A stretch of DNA of 63,954 bases, the filler included, from Acidimicrobiia bacterium (lineage in GTDB: Bacteria; Actinomycetota; Acidimicrobiia; Spongiisociales; JAENVV01), in assembly GCA_041577335.1 (NCBI GenBank). It is 3 parts of 3 records of this genome, joined end to end, with 100 filler letters (N's around TTAATTAATTAA, not from the genome) between each part and the next. Parts side by side here need not be neighbours in the genome. Positions count along the whole stretch, not along the records: positions 28,682 to 55,215 come from JBFGJH010000044.1; 2 more parts are not named here. The stretch is one strand, 5' to 3'. Under the pieces are notes generated by a model. That model was not told the DNA's origin. It saw nothing but the letters and a program-made list of their open reading frames with translations, and searched no databases. Every line of letters starts with the position of its first letter. Within the stretch, counting starts at the first letter, position 1. Below are positions 37,480 through 47,132 of the stretch, piece after piece. A program made the translations under genes and the position numbers.

Positions 37480-38379
37480 TCACGGCACCCTCCATGAGAT
37501 CGCCTCGGCGTCGAGCAACCCGGTTTCGAGGACAGACATCAAGATCGCGATGTGCTCACCAGGCGCGAAGCCGATGGTCGGCGCGTAACTGATCTCAACG
37601 ATCTCCGGGTCCGTCAGGCTCTCCTGCGTCTGGTAGTCGAACACGTCCTCGCCGTCGACCTGGAGACGTTCATCAAAGGTACCGATGGGAGTTGTGAAGA
37701 CGACCTCCGCAAACGAAGGTTGCACCGAGTAAGGCGGAGGAGACACGGACTTGACGTGATCACTGAGCTCATCGATCCGCCACTCCCCCTGGTCCTCTCG
37801 CATTGCCGTCGCTTTCAACGCATCGGTCGTGGTGACAAGCACGGCCCCGATCGGATCTCCGAACGATTCGCCGAACGCCAGGAAGCGGCAGTCGTCCGGA
37901 GGCGCGGTTGACACATCGAGAGCGTAGGCAACAAAGGCCGGGTCTTCGGTGCTCGAGAATCGATCGAGCCCGCTCTCAGAGCCGAGGGGCGGTTGCCCCT
38001 TTGCATACGGATGAACGAGAGCGAACGCCAGCCCGTAGTCCGAAACCGCCACCGCATCGACGAACAGGGCGAATACGGCGCATGGGTCGGAGTAATCGAT
38101 GTCTGCAGCGATCGTCGTCGGAACCGTGTCGGTGGAACCAGCCACGGTCGACGAAGTGGCGGGGAGCGTAGTCGTGGTTGTCGAGGTGGTGGTTGTGGTC
38201 GGCGGCGGCTCCGTCGTCGAGGTCGTGGACACAACGGGAGGAGTGGTCGCCGGCACGGCGATCGTCGTCGCTGGGACAACGGTGGTCGGCGAGGCATCTC
38301 CTGAGCACCCGGTCACGACCAGCGCCAGCACAGCCAGCACCAGGCCCGTGCCTCTCTGCCCCGCCAGTTGCTTCCACAT
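37480..38379 (-). CDS. Lipoprotein with Thr-rich linker
   Basis: Lipobox VVTGC; poly-Thr stretch; leaderless TACTTT-7-ATG. Confidence 0.8.
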   Translation of the reverse strand: MWKQLAGQRGTGLVLAVLALVVTGCSGDASPTTVVPATTIAVPATTPPVVSTTSTTEPPPTTTTTSTTTTTLPATSSTVAGSTDTVPTTIAADIDYSDPCAVFALFVDAVAVSDYGLAFALVHPYAKGQPPLGSESGLDRFSSTEDPAFVAYALDVSTAPPDDCRFLAFGESFGDPIGAVLVTTTDALKATAMREDQGEWRIDELSDHVKSVSPPPYSVQPSFAEVVFTTPIGTFDERLQVDGEDVFDYQTQESLTDPEIVEISYAPTIGFAPGEHIAILMSVLETGLLDAEAISWRVP

Positions 38380-38486
38380 ACTCCACAAAGTAGCGCTGCC
38401 GAGCCTCAATGGGGCCGGCCTCGCCGACGTCGGTGCAGGCTGTCCGTGCCCCCTCGGCTGGTTGAGGATGTCTAGCCTGCTGCCCG

Positions 38487-40331
38487 ATGCAGTTTGGAGT
38501 GTGCTACTACCCGGAACAATGGCCCGAACACCGTTGGGACACGGACGCTCAGCTGATGGCGGAAATGGGTCTCGGTTTGGTACGGGTCGGCGAGTTCGCC
38601 TGGTCATCGTACGAGCCTGCACGCAACCAGTTCACATTTGAGTGGCTCGACCGAGTGCTGGAGACATTCGCGCAGCACGGCCTACGAGTCGTGTTGGGAA
38701 CGCCAACCGCCACCCCACCGGTGTGGCTGGCCCGAGAACGGCCCGACATCCTGTCAGTCGGACCCGATGGCCGGCGCAGAGCGTACGGCTCGCGCCGCCA
38801 CACCTGCACAACGTCGGCGGCATATCGCCAGGAGGCCACCCGAATCGTCGCGGAGCTCCTCCAGCGCTACGGGCACCACCCAGCAATCATGGCATGGCAG
38901 GTCGACAACGAGATGGGCAACCACGACTCTGCCCGCTGTTGGTGCGATGAGTGCCAGACCGCCTTCTCAGCCTGGCTGGCGGCGCGTTTCGGCAGTATCG
39001 ACGCTCTCAACGACGCGTGGGGAACCGCTTTCTGGTCGATGACCTATCCCGACTTCGAAGCTGTGCGGCTTCCCGTGCCGACCATGACGAGCCATCATCC
39101 CGCTCTCCGGCTCGCCCACGCCAAATTCGCGTCGGATCAATCGATCGCGTTCCTCCGTCTGCAGTTCGCCCAGATACGCGCCGTCGTGCCGGAAGGCGTT
39201 GCCATCACGACCAACTTCTACAGCGAGGACACCGCCGTCGACCAACGCGCAGCCGCACGCCTGAGCGGCCTGGCCGCGATGGACAATTACCCCCAAGGCC
39301 CCCAAGACCCGATGACCACGGCCTATCACCTTGATCTCACCCGGTGGGCGGGGGGCCTCGATGGATCGGCGTGGATCATGGAACAGCAAGCAGGGCCGAT
39401 CAACTGGACAGAAAAGAACCCGCAAGTTCCCGATGGGCAGGTGCGGGTGTGGGCATGGCAGGCTGCCCTCCACGGTTATGACGCGGTCCTGTTCTTCAGG
39501 TGGCGGGCATCACGCTTCGCTCAAGAGATGTATCACTCCGGCCTGTTGAGGCACGACGGCTCACCCACCGGAGCCTTCGCCGAAATCCGGGCAGCCATCG
39601 CCGAGATAGCGACTGTCGACCTCGATGCTCCCAAGCCCAGTGTGGCGCTCCTGCAGTCGTACAAGGACGTGTGGGCCATCGAAATCAACCCACATCGGGC
39701 GGGCCTCACTCACCGATCGATGCAACTCGACGCCTATGTCGCAGCGCGACGCCTCGGCCTTGATGTCGCCGTTGTGGATTCCATGGACGACCTCTCTGAT
39801 TTCGAGTGGGTGCTGGCCCCGGCTCTCCATATCACTACACCAGAGAGAATATCGGCGCTCACGAAGGCGCTCGATGCCGGCGCCAACGTGGTGCTTGGCC
39901 CCCGGGCCATGGTCATGAACCGAGAGAACGCGTGGTCGGATGTGGCCCTCCCCGCCGGCATGACAGACCTACTCGGAGCCCGCGTTGTGGAGACATTGAG
40001 CCAAACCGCTGATGTGCGAGTGGACCCGTGGGGGACGAAGGCCGGGGTCTGGACCGACGTGTTCGAAGTAGACGATGCCGAGGTGATCGCCACCTATTCG
40101 GGTGGCACCTACCTCGATGGGCGCCCAGCCGCAGTCCGCAGAGCCAATCTGTACTACGCCGGATTCTCGAATGTGGCCTCGTGGACCCGGCTGCTGGCCG
40201 GCCTCACCGGCAGGGAGCCGCGTCCGCGCCACGTCGAAACGTTCGCCCGTGGGGACCGGGTCTACTCGATCGATCACAAGGCGTTGACTGTCGACATCCA
40301 CGGCGTTGATGCCGCATTCGAGGCTCCCTGA
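38487..40331 (+). CDS. Beta-galactosidase, GH42
   Basis: GVCYYPEQW, RVGEFAW, LGTPTATPPVW, WQVDNE (acid/base), WIMEQQAG (nucleophile), FFRWR. Confidence 0.93.
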   Translation: MQFGVCYYPEQWPEHRWDTDAQLMAEMGLGLVRVGEFAWSSYEPARNQFTFEWLDRVLETFAQHGLRVVLGTPTATPPVWLARERPDILSVGPDGRRRAYGSRRHTCTTSAAYRQEATRIVAELLQRYGHHPAIMAWQVDNEMGNHDSARCWCDECQTAFSAWLAARFGSIDALNDAWGTAFWSMTYPDFEAVRLPVPTMTSHHPALRLAHAKFASDQSIAFLRLQFAQIRAVVPEGVAITTNFYSEDTAVDQRAAARLSGLAAMDNYPQGPQDPMTTAYHLDLTRWAGGLDGSAWIMEQQAGPINWTEKNPQVPDGQVRVWAWQAALHGYDAVLFFRWRASRFAQEMYHSGLLRHDGSPTGAFAEIRAAIAEIATVDLDAPKPSVALLQSYKDVWAIEINPHRAGLTHRSMQLDAYVAARRLGLDVAVVDSMDDLSDFEWVLAPALHITTPERISALTKALDAGANVVLGPRAMVMNRENAWSDVALPAGMTDLLGARVVETLSQTADVRVDPWGTKAGVWTDVFEVDDAEVIATYSGGTYLDGRPAAVRRANLYYAGFSNVASWTRLLAGLTGREPRPRHVETFARGDRVYSIDHKALTVDIHGVDAAFEAP

Positions 40332-40334
40332 CGA

Positions 40335-40362
40335 TCAAGAGGCTGCCCGGCTTTGCCGATAC
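40335..40362 (+). promoter_or_regulatory. Possible sigma28/WhiG-type promoter
   Basis: TCAAG-N15-GCCGATAC just upstream of the kinase ATG. Confidence 0.4.
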
Positions 40363-40372
40363 ACACATTCAG

Positions 40373-41842
40373 ATGAATCCTGACTCACCGCGCCCATCTC
40401 GAGCGTGGGTCGTTGCATTGGTGGCGACCCTCGTTGTCGCAGCATTCATGACCATCGGTGCGGTGGTCATCCAAGCTCGAGCCAACCGGCCGATCGGAGA
40501 AGGTCAGCTTTTCCGAGCAGAGGCCGCAGCCGCAGCCGCAAGCCTGGGCTCCATGCCAGGCTCGCCGTCCGACCAGCTACGTCGGATCAGGAATGATCTC
40601 GAGATTGAGGCAGTGGTGAGGGTCGACGAAGCCGGGATCATCACCGAGGCGACATCCGACACCCTGGTCGGTGAGACGATCTCCAACTCTTTCCTCGCGT
40701 TCGCCCACACCGAACAGCGGTTCGGCGCGGTTGCCGTCACCTCACCGAGCTCGATCTCCATAGACGGGGTCGAAGAGTGGCCTGCTCAGTCAGCCTTCTA
40801 CGCCGTGGTACAGCCGCTCGGAGACGGATCCAGTTTGGTGCTCTACTACGACATATCCGAGCTTCTCCAGCGCCGGAGTCAGGCAGCCGGGGTGTCTTCG
40901 GCGGCGTTCCGGCTCGCCGGAGCCGCAGCTGCGTTCCTCGCTGTCGGAGCTGGTCTGGCATACAGCCGGGCAAAGTCGCTGCGCCGCTTCCGCGAGTTCG
41001 AGATCGAGAATCGCATCCTCCGAGACCACGCAGAGGCGCTCGAAGCACGCAATCGGATCATCGATGAGGCCAGAGCTGAGGCCGAGCGTGCCCAACAAGA
41101 GGCGGAGGCGGCATACGCCCTCGCCGAGGAGAAGAGCCGAGTGAGAGCCGAATTCGTTCTCATGATCAACCATGAGCTCAGAACACCGCTCACGGCGGTG
41201 GTCACCGGCGCCGAGCTCCTGTCGACGACGGAGGGTCTCACCGATGAAGATCGCCAACAGATCACCGACGACATGCTCTTCAATGGACGGCGCCTGCAAG
41301 AGATCATCAGCCAGATGCTTGCGGTCGCACGAATGGAGAACCGAGGGCTCACGGTGTCGATGTCGCCCCAGAGCGGAGGCGAGCTCCTCGAGTTGGCCGA
41401 AAAGGCCCACCCGCGGCTCAGCATGGGCAGCGGGTTCAACGAGCTTGGCGGCGAAGTGGTGTTCACGGATCGGGCGACGCTCTCTCACCTCATCGGCTCG
41501 CTCGTAGACAACGCATACACACACGGCGCCAGCTCCGTGACCATCGGCGCCAGCCTCGAATTGGAACGGTTGCCGCAGGTAACGGTGGGTGACTTGCCAG
41601 ACGAGCCGCTATACCTGACGATCACCGACGACGGGCCGGGCATCGATCCTTCCTTCTTGCCACGCGCCTTCGAGAAGTACGAAAAGGCAAGCTTCAGCTC
41701 CGGCACCGGTCTTGGCCTCTATGCCGCCCAGCTCATGGCCGACGCCATCGATGCCAGCCTGTCCATCTCGACCTCTCGCCTCGGAACCAGCCTCATCATC
41801 GGGCTGCCGCGGACGGGCCGACTCGCCGGGTTGGCGCTGTGA
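40373..41842 (+). CDS. Membrane sensor histidine kinase (HisKA), no cognate regulator nearby
   Basis: 2 TM; NHELRTPL, LVDNA, DDGPGI, GTGLGL. Confidence 0.92.
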   Translation: MNPDSPRPSRAWVVALVATLVVAAFMTIGAVVIQARANRPIGEGQLFRAEAAAAAASLGSMPGSPSDQLRRIRNDLEIEAVVRVDEAGIITEATSDTLVGETISNSFLAFAHTEQRFGAVAVTSPSSISIDGVEEWPAQSAFYAVVQPLGDGSSLVLYYDISELLQRRSQAAGVSSAAFRLAGAAAAFLAVGAGLAYSRAKSLRRFREFEIENRILRDHAEALEARNRIIDEARAEAERAQQEAEAAYALAEEKSRVRAEFVLMINHELRTPLTAVVTGAELLSTTEGLTDEDRQQITDDMLFNGRRLQEIISQMLAVARMENRGLTVSMSPQSGGELLELAEKAHPRLSMGSGFNELGGEVVFTDRATLSHLIGSLVDNAYTHGASSVTIGASLELERLPQVTVGDLPDEPLYLTITDDGPGIDPSFLPRAFEKYEKASFSSGTGLGLYAAQLMADAIDASLSISTSRLGTSLIIGLPRTGRLAGLAL

Positions 41843-42216
41843 TGCGGTCGATGATTCTCGGTCTGGCCGCGGCCGTCATGCTCTCGGCCTGCGGTGGATC
41901 GCCAGACCTACTGCCCGAGCATGAGGTTGACCTGTTCGAGTTTGGAATTCAATCGAAGGCCGAATGGACGCCGACAGCGCCGGTCACCGTGAGCAACTCC
42001 GGCGAGTTCTCCCACACATTGGTCATCACTCGCGAAGACGGTGGCGTGGTGTTCGCAAGTGATGTCATCGGCCCGGGCGAGACGGCAACGGCTCGGCTCG
42101 ATCTCGAGCCCGGCGAGTACGAGCTGTCATGCCGTTTGGTGGCCCAGACGGAGGGCGGCGATCTCATCGACCACTTCGAGAAAGGTATGCACGCCGACCT
42201 CACCATCATCGAGTGA
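41839..42216 (+). CDS. Cupredoxin-like lipoprotein
   Basis: Lipobox LSAC; NSGEFSHTL...LEPGEYELSC...DHFEKGM (His/Cys/His/Met type-1 Cu ligands). Confidence 0.82.
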   Translation: MMRSMILGLAAAVMLSACGGSPDLLPEHEVDLFEFGIQSKAEWTPTAPVTVSNSGEFSHTLVITREDGGVVFASDVIGPGETATARLDLEPGEYELSCRLVAQTEGGDLIDHFEKGMHADLTIIE

Positions 42217-42243
42217 TCGACGCGAGATCGTCAGGCGGCCTGG

Positions 42244-43146
42244 CTACAGCCAGCGTAAGACGAGAGCCAGCGTCGGGATAGCCGCCAGCGAGGTCAACAG
42301 AATCGCGGCGCTCGCCACTTCACTCTCCAGGTCGAACTCGAGGGAGATCAACCCGACCAAAACTGCCCTCGGCATGGCAGCCAACAGGAGCCCCGAATCA
42401 CGGGCAATTCCCTCAAGACCAACGACCGTCGCCAACGCCAGGAACACGAACGGGGCGACCACCAACTTGGCGACCGCAATAGTCCCCAGCCGACCGACGT
42501 CGCGTGTGAAATGGGCAGACGCCAACTGCATCCCCAGCGTCAAGAGCATCACCGGAATCATTGCGTCTGCGAGTAGCCCGATGAGTCTCGCCATGGCCTC
42601 GGGTGGAGCCCACTCTGCACGGCTCACCACCAATGCGAACGGAGTCACCGCAATGGCCGGCGTGAGGGCGACCCGTTTGATGGCGTCACCGACGGTGCCG
42701 GACCGCAGTCGCGCCGCCATCGACACCCCAATGACAAACGCTCCGATCGTCACTGACAAGAAAAGAATGCTGGCTGGAGCGAGGGAAGGTTCGCCAAGGC
42801 CAAAAAGAACGATCGGGAATCCGAGATTGCCCACGTTGCCAAAAGTGGAGGCCATCGCGTCGAGCGTCCGCCGCTCGCCCGACTGGCGGCGCAGCCGAAG
42901 AGCCGTGAGCCCCTACACGACGACCCCCGTTCCCAACGAAGCGGCCATCATCTTGGCGATGGGGCCGTCGAATCCGGCCGGATCGCTGAGGATCCTGAAG
43001 ATGAACGCCGGCGTCAGGATGCGGTAGGCGATCGTGCTCAAGGCTTCATACGGGATCTGCCACCGTCGTGCAGCCATGAAGCCGAGGGTGGCAATCCCGA
43101 ACACAGGAAACAGCACGTCCGCGAAGATGCGGAAGAGGTCGAGCAC
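42244..43146 (-). pseudogene. AEC (malate permease) family transporter with one in-frame TAG
   Basis: ORFs 42913-43146 and 42244-42855 share a frame, separated only by TAG at 42913-42915; ILTPAFIF, GNVGNLGFP, IPVMLLTLG, KLVVAP, AAMP motifs. Confidence 0.82.
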
Positions 43147-43268
43147 ACCGCCACCCTGAAACCTCGCTCCGCCGCCTGCTCGACTTCCCGCATCACGATT
43201 CTCGGCATATCATGCCGTCCGCCGGACAGCGTTCGCTCTCCGGCCTCCCAGGAAACGAAAGGACTCAA

Positions 43269-44579
43269 ATGATGCAACGATCAAAGTTGCGGGTCTGGTT
43301 CGGGGCTCTCATGGCACTCTCTCTGGTCTTGGCCGCCTGCGGTTCAGATTCGAGCGAGACCACTGACGCTCCTGAGGTCGTCGAGACGACCGCACCGCCC
43401 GAGACGGCCGCGCCGGAAACGACGGTGGCTGAGACCACCCCGCCGACCACCGAAGCCGCCGAGGCACTCACCCTGCTCGTGTGGGCCGATGAAAACCGAG
43501 CATCCGTCGTCGAAGAAGTTGCTCCTGCCTTCACCGAGGCAACCGGTGTCGAAGTACAGGTAGAGCTTGTCGACTTCGGGCAGATCCGTGACCAGGTCGG
43601 AGTAGCCGGCCCGGCAGGCGAAGGTCCCGACGTGTTCATCGGAGCATCCGACTGGGTAGGCGAGCTGGCCACCAACGGCGTGCTCGAGCCGATCGACCTG
43701 GGCGCCCGCGAGGGTGACTTCACCGAAGCGTCGGTCAATGCCCTGACGTTCAACGGTGTCAACTACGGCGTACCTCACGCCGTAGAAGCCATCGCTCTGT
43801 ACTACAACACCGACTACTCGCCCGAGGCGCCGGCCACTTTCGACGACATGAAGGCCGTGTGTGATGCCAACCCCGACCAGACATGTCTCGTGGTCCCCGG
43901 CGGTGGCGACGGTGCGGACCCGTATCACAACTATCCCTTCTTGTCGGCTACGGGCGGATACATCTTCGCCCAGGACGGCGGGGTCTACGATCCAACCGAC
44001 GTTGGTCTCGACAGCGAAGGCGCCATCGCCGGCGCCACGTTCATCGAAGGCCTGGTCACCGACGGCTACCTCGCTTCGACCAACTACGACGACGCGAAGG
44101 CGCTGTTCACCTCGGGAGATGCCATCTTCTGGATCACCGGTCCATGGGAGCTCGGTGGTGCAGCGGACTGGACCGTCCCGTGGTCCGTGGCACCGATCCC
44201 GACCATCGAGGGTGGGACGCCGAAGCCGTTCATCGGCGTCCAGTCGTTCTTCCTGAGCTCGTTCAGTGAAAACAAGCTCGTTGCCCAGTCGTTCCTGCTG
44301 GACTTCATCGCAACCGAAGAGGGCCAGACCCTGCTCTATGCAGCCGACCCGCGTCCGCCGGTGCACTCGGCCATCATCGCTTCCGTCGCCGACGATCCGG
44401 TAGCAGCGGCGTTCGGCCTGTCAGCAGCCAACGGCGAGCCCATTCCCAACATCCCGGAGATGTCGTCGGTGTGGGGCGCCTGGGGTGACAACATGCTCTT
44501 GCTTCGCAACGGTGACATCACCGGTGCCGAGGCTATGGCGGCAGCAGCAGAAGGCGTGAATACGGCGCTCGGTAACTAA
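43269..44579 (+). CDS. malE: Maltose/maltodextrin ABC substrate-binding lipoprotein
   Basis: Lipobox LAAC; GEGPDVFIGASDWVGEL, ALYYN, ITGPWE, KPFIGVQ, PNIPEMSSVW. Confidence 0.88.
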   Translation: MMQRSKLRVWFGALMALSLVLAACGSDSSETTDAPEVVETTAPPETAAPETTVAETTPPTTEAAEALTLLVWADENRASVVEEVAPAFTEATGVEVQVELVDFGQIRDQVGVAGPAGEGPDVFIGASDWVGELATNGVLEPIDLGAREGDFTEASVNALTFNGVNYGVPHAVEAIALYYNTDYSPEAPATFDDMKAVCDANPDQTCLVVPGGGDGADPYHNYPFLSATGGYIFAQDGGVYDPTDVGLDSEGAIAGATFIEGLVTDGYLASTNYDDAKALFTSGDAIFWITGPWELGGAADWTVPWSVAPIPTIEGGTPKPFIGVQSFFLSSFSENKLVAQSFLLDFIATEEGQTLLYAADPRPPVHSAIIASVADDPVAAAFGLSAANGEPIPNIPEMSSVWGAWGDNMLLLRNGDITGAEAMAAAAEGVNTALGN

Positions 44580-44599
44580 CCGGCAGGTAGATTCAATTC

Positions 44600-46210
44600 A
44601 TGAATGACGAAGAGGGCAGGGCTCCAACCAGGATCCTGCCCTCTTCGCCTTCTGGCGGCTTCTGGCTGCGGGTGCTGCTCGTGGGATTGCTGGACGCGGT
44701 CGTCATCGTGGCGATCCCGGTGCTCGTCGCCGAACAATCGTGGCTTCTCCTGACCTTGCTCCTCATCGCCGCCGCGATAATCAACTTCTCCTACCTCAGC
44801 CCGAGGGCGCAGGCGATGCGATGGCTGGCCCCCGGCCTGGTCCTCATGGCCATATTCGTCGTCTTCCCGGTCATCTACACGGCCTACGTGTCACTCACCA
44901 ACTGGGCTACAGGCAATGTCTTGTCGCAGGACCAGGTCATCGAGCAACTCGAAAACGAAGTCATCCGATCAGTTGGAGAAGGTGTCCCGCTCGAGCTCAC
45001 CATCTACCGCAACGGCGACGGCGACCTTGCCTACCTCGTTCGTGATCCCGAAGGGATTGCCTACTTCGGCATTGCACGCGATCGCAACGCTGATCCGATC
45101 GAAGACCCTCTCATCGACCCAGCCTCGCTCGGCGCGGACGTCACTGCCGAGACCCCTGACACGATCGGCGAGTTCGAGAAGCTGGAACTCCGGGAGCTGT
45201 TTGCTCTGGCGTCCGAGATCGAACAGCTCGTTCTGGACGTCCCGGGGCGAGGCGTCGCCCAAGCGCAGACAACGTCGGCTGCCCGCTTGATCCAAGCGGG
45301 GAGCCGGTACGCCTTCGATCAAGAGACCGGCACACTGGTCGACAACCAGGAGGGCGTGTCATGCAGTGCCGAGGTCGGCAACTTCGTGTGCGAAGACGGC
45401 AGACGGATCGACCCGGGATGGGTGGTCGTAACCGGTTTTGGCAACTACGAGGAGATCCTCACCAATCAGCGGATTCACTCTCCCTTCGTCAAGGTTTTCA
45501 TTTGGAACCTCATCTTTGCCATCGGTTCTGTGGTGATCACCTTCTTCGTGGGCCTGGCGCTGGCCAGCGCACTCCAGGACGATCGTATTCGCGGCAAGGC
45601 CATCTATCGATCGATCTACATCATTCCCTATGCCATCCCGGCATTTCTCTCGATCTTGATCTGGCGCGGCCTCCTGAACGAACAATTCGGTCAGGTCAAC
45701 GACATGCTCAACACCCTTGGGTTGCCCGACGTACCCTGGCTGGGCGATCCGACATGGGCCAAGGTCGCCGTGTTGCTCGTCAACAGCTGGCTCGGCTTCC
45801 CGTACATGTTCCTCATAACCTCCGGTGCGCTCACCGCCATTCCGGAGGAACTCAAAGAAGCCGCCCGCGTCGACGGGGCGTCCGCGTGGCGGATCTTCCG
45901 AACCATCACGCTGCCGCTCCTCCTCGTCTCGACAGCCCCGCTGCTCATCGGCTCGTTCGCCTTCAACTTCAACAACTTCGTACTGATCTTCATGCTCACC
46001 AATGGCGGGCCGCCCGTCATCGGCTCCGACGTGCCACTGGGAGAGACCGACATCCTCATCAGCTTCACATTCGATCTGGCGGTCAATGCCGGGCGCGGTA
46101 ACAATTTCGCGCTCGGCTCGGCCATCGTCGTCCTCATCTTCGTGATCGTCGCAGTCATCTCGGCGATCAGCTTCCGGTTCACGAAACGTTTGGAGGAAGT
46201 GTATGGCTAG
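44600..46210 (+). CDS. malF: Maltodextrin ABC permease with large extracytoplasmic loop
   Basis: IIPYAIPAFLSILIW, WLGFPYMF, EAARVDGA, SFAFNFNNF, GETDILIS. Confidence 0.9.
   Translation: MNDEEGRAPTRILPSSPSGGFWLRVLLVGLLDAVVIVAIPVLVAEQSWLLLTLLLIAAAIINFSYLSPRAQAMRWLAPGLVLMAIFVVFPVIYTAYVSLTNWATGNVLSQDQVIEQLENEVIRSVGEGVPLELTIYRNGDGDLAYLVRDPEGIAYFGIARDRNADPIEDPLIDPASLGADVTAETPDTIGEFEKLELRELFALASEIEQLVLDVPGRGVAQAQTTSAARLIQAGSRYAFDQETGTLVDNQEGVSCSAEVGNFVCEDGRRIDPGWVVVTGFGNYEEILTNQRIHSPFVKVFIWNLIFAIGSVVITFFVGLALASALQDDRIRGKAIYRSIYIIPYAIPAFLSILIWRGLLNEQFGQVNDMLNTLGLPDVPWLGDPTWAKVAVLLVNSWLGFPYMFLITSGALTAIPEELKEAARVDGASAWRIFRTITLPLLLVSTAPLLIGSFAFNFNNFVLIFMLTNGGPPVIGSDVPLGETDILISFTFDLAVNAGRGNNFALGSAIVVLIFVIVAVISAISFRFTKRLEEVYG
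44609..44646 (+). promoter_or_regulatory. 12-bp hairpin just downstream of malE
   Basis: gaagagggcagg (44609-44620) pairs with cctgccctcttc (44635-44646). Confidence 0.6.
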
Positions 46211-47132
46211 TCGCAACCTGGAAGTGGCGGCGCCCAGGACAGCCGGCGAGGCTCGGGTTCACCGCGTCAACCGGATGAAACCGGGCCGATGGATGCGCGA
46301 AGTCGGGTGGCGGCACGTGCTCTTGATTTCCTTCGCCCTGTTCTCGCTCTTCCCAGTCGTCTGGATCGTGTCCGCCGCCTTCAATCAGTCAGACAATCTG
46401 GCTGCGGCACAGCTGATTCCCGAATCTGTGACAACCGACAATTTCACCGAGCTCTTCGACTCCACGCTGACGCCCATAGGCAGATGGCTCTGGAACACCT
46501 GGAAGGTCGCCGTCATCGCCGCTCTGATCAACGTTCTCGTCGCAGCGCTGGCTGCGTTCGCGTTCAGCCGCCTGCGCTTCACAGGTCGCCGGGCCGGGCT
46601 CTTGGCTTTGCTTCTGGTGCAGGTCTTTCCCCAATTCCTGGGATTCATCGCCTTGTTCTTGCTGGCGATTCAGGTCGGCAACATCGCCGACGGGTTTGGC
46701 ATCAACTCCCACACCTTCCTGATCCTCGTGTATCTCGGAGGTGCCATCGGGTTCAATGCCTTCCTCATCAAGGGCTTCATGGACACGGTGCCTATCTCGC
46801 TCGACGAGTCGGCCAAGGTCGACGGAGCCAGTGCCTGGCAGATCTTCAGCCGCATCGTGTTCCCGCTCAGCCGGCCCGTACTGGCTGTCATCTTCGTGAT
46901 CACATTCATCTACATCTATTCGGAGTTCATCCTGGCCAGAACCCTGTTGCGAGCATCGGAGGATTTCACGTTGGCGGTTGGCCTGCAGTTGTTCGTGGAG
47001 AGCGAGTACACCGCCAAATGGGGCAACCTGGCTGCCGCCGCGTTGGTTGGGGCAGCCCCGATTGTGCTCACCTTCCTGGTCGCTCAGAAGCACATCATCG
47101 GCGGATTGACGCAGGGTGCCGTCAAAGGCTGA
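46203..47132 (+). CDS. malG: Maltodextrin ABC permease
   Basis: AFSRLRF, QVFP, IKGFMDTVPISLDESAKVDGA, TLAVGL. Confidence 0.9.
   Translation: MASRNLEVAAPRTAGEARVHRVNRMKPGRWMREVGWRHVLLISFALFSLFPVVWIVSAAFNQSDNLAAAQLIPESVTTDNFTELFDSTLTPIGRWLWNTWKVAVIAALINVLVAALAAFAFSRLRFTGRRAGLLALLLVQVFPQFLGFIALFLLAIQVGNIADGFGINSHTFLILVYLGGAIGFNAFLIKGFMDTVPISLDESAKVDGASAWQIFSRIVFPLSRPVLAVIFVITFIYIYSEFILARTLLRASEDFTLAVGLQLFVESEYTAKWGNLAAAALVGAAPIVLTFLVAQKHIIGGLTQGAVKG

Noticed and set aside
42913..42915. Pyrrolysine or recoded TAG
   Set aside because: No pyl genes seen, and TAG terminates other genes in the window (for example coxL and the acyl-CoA dehydrogenase).
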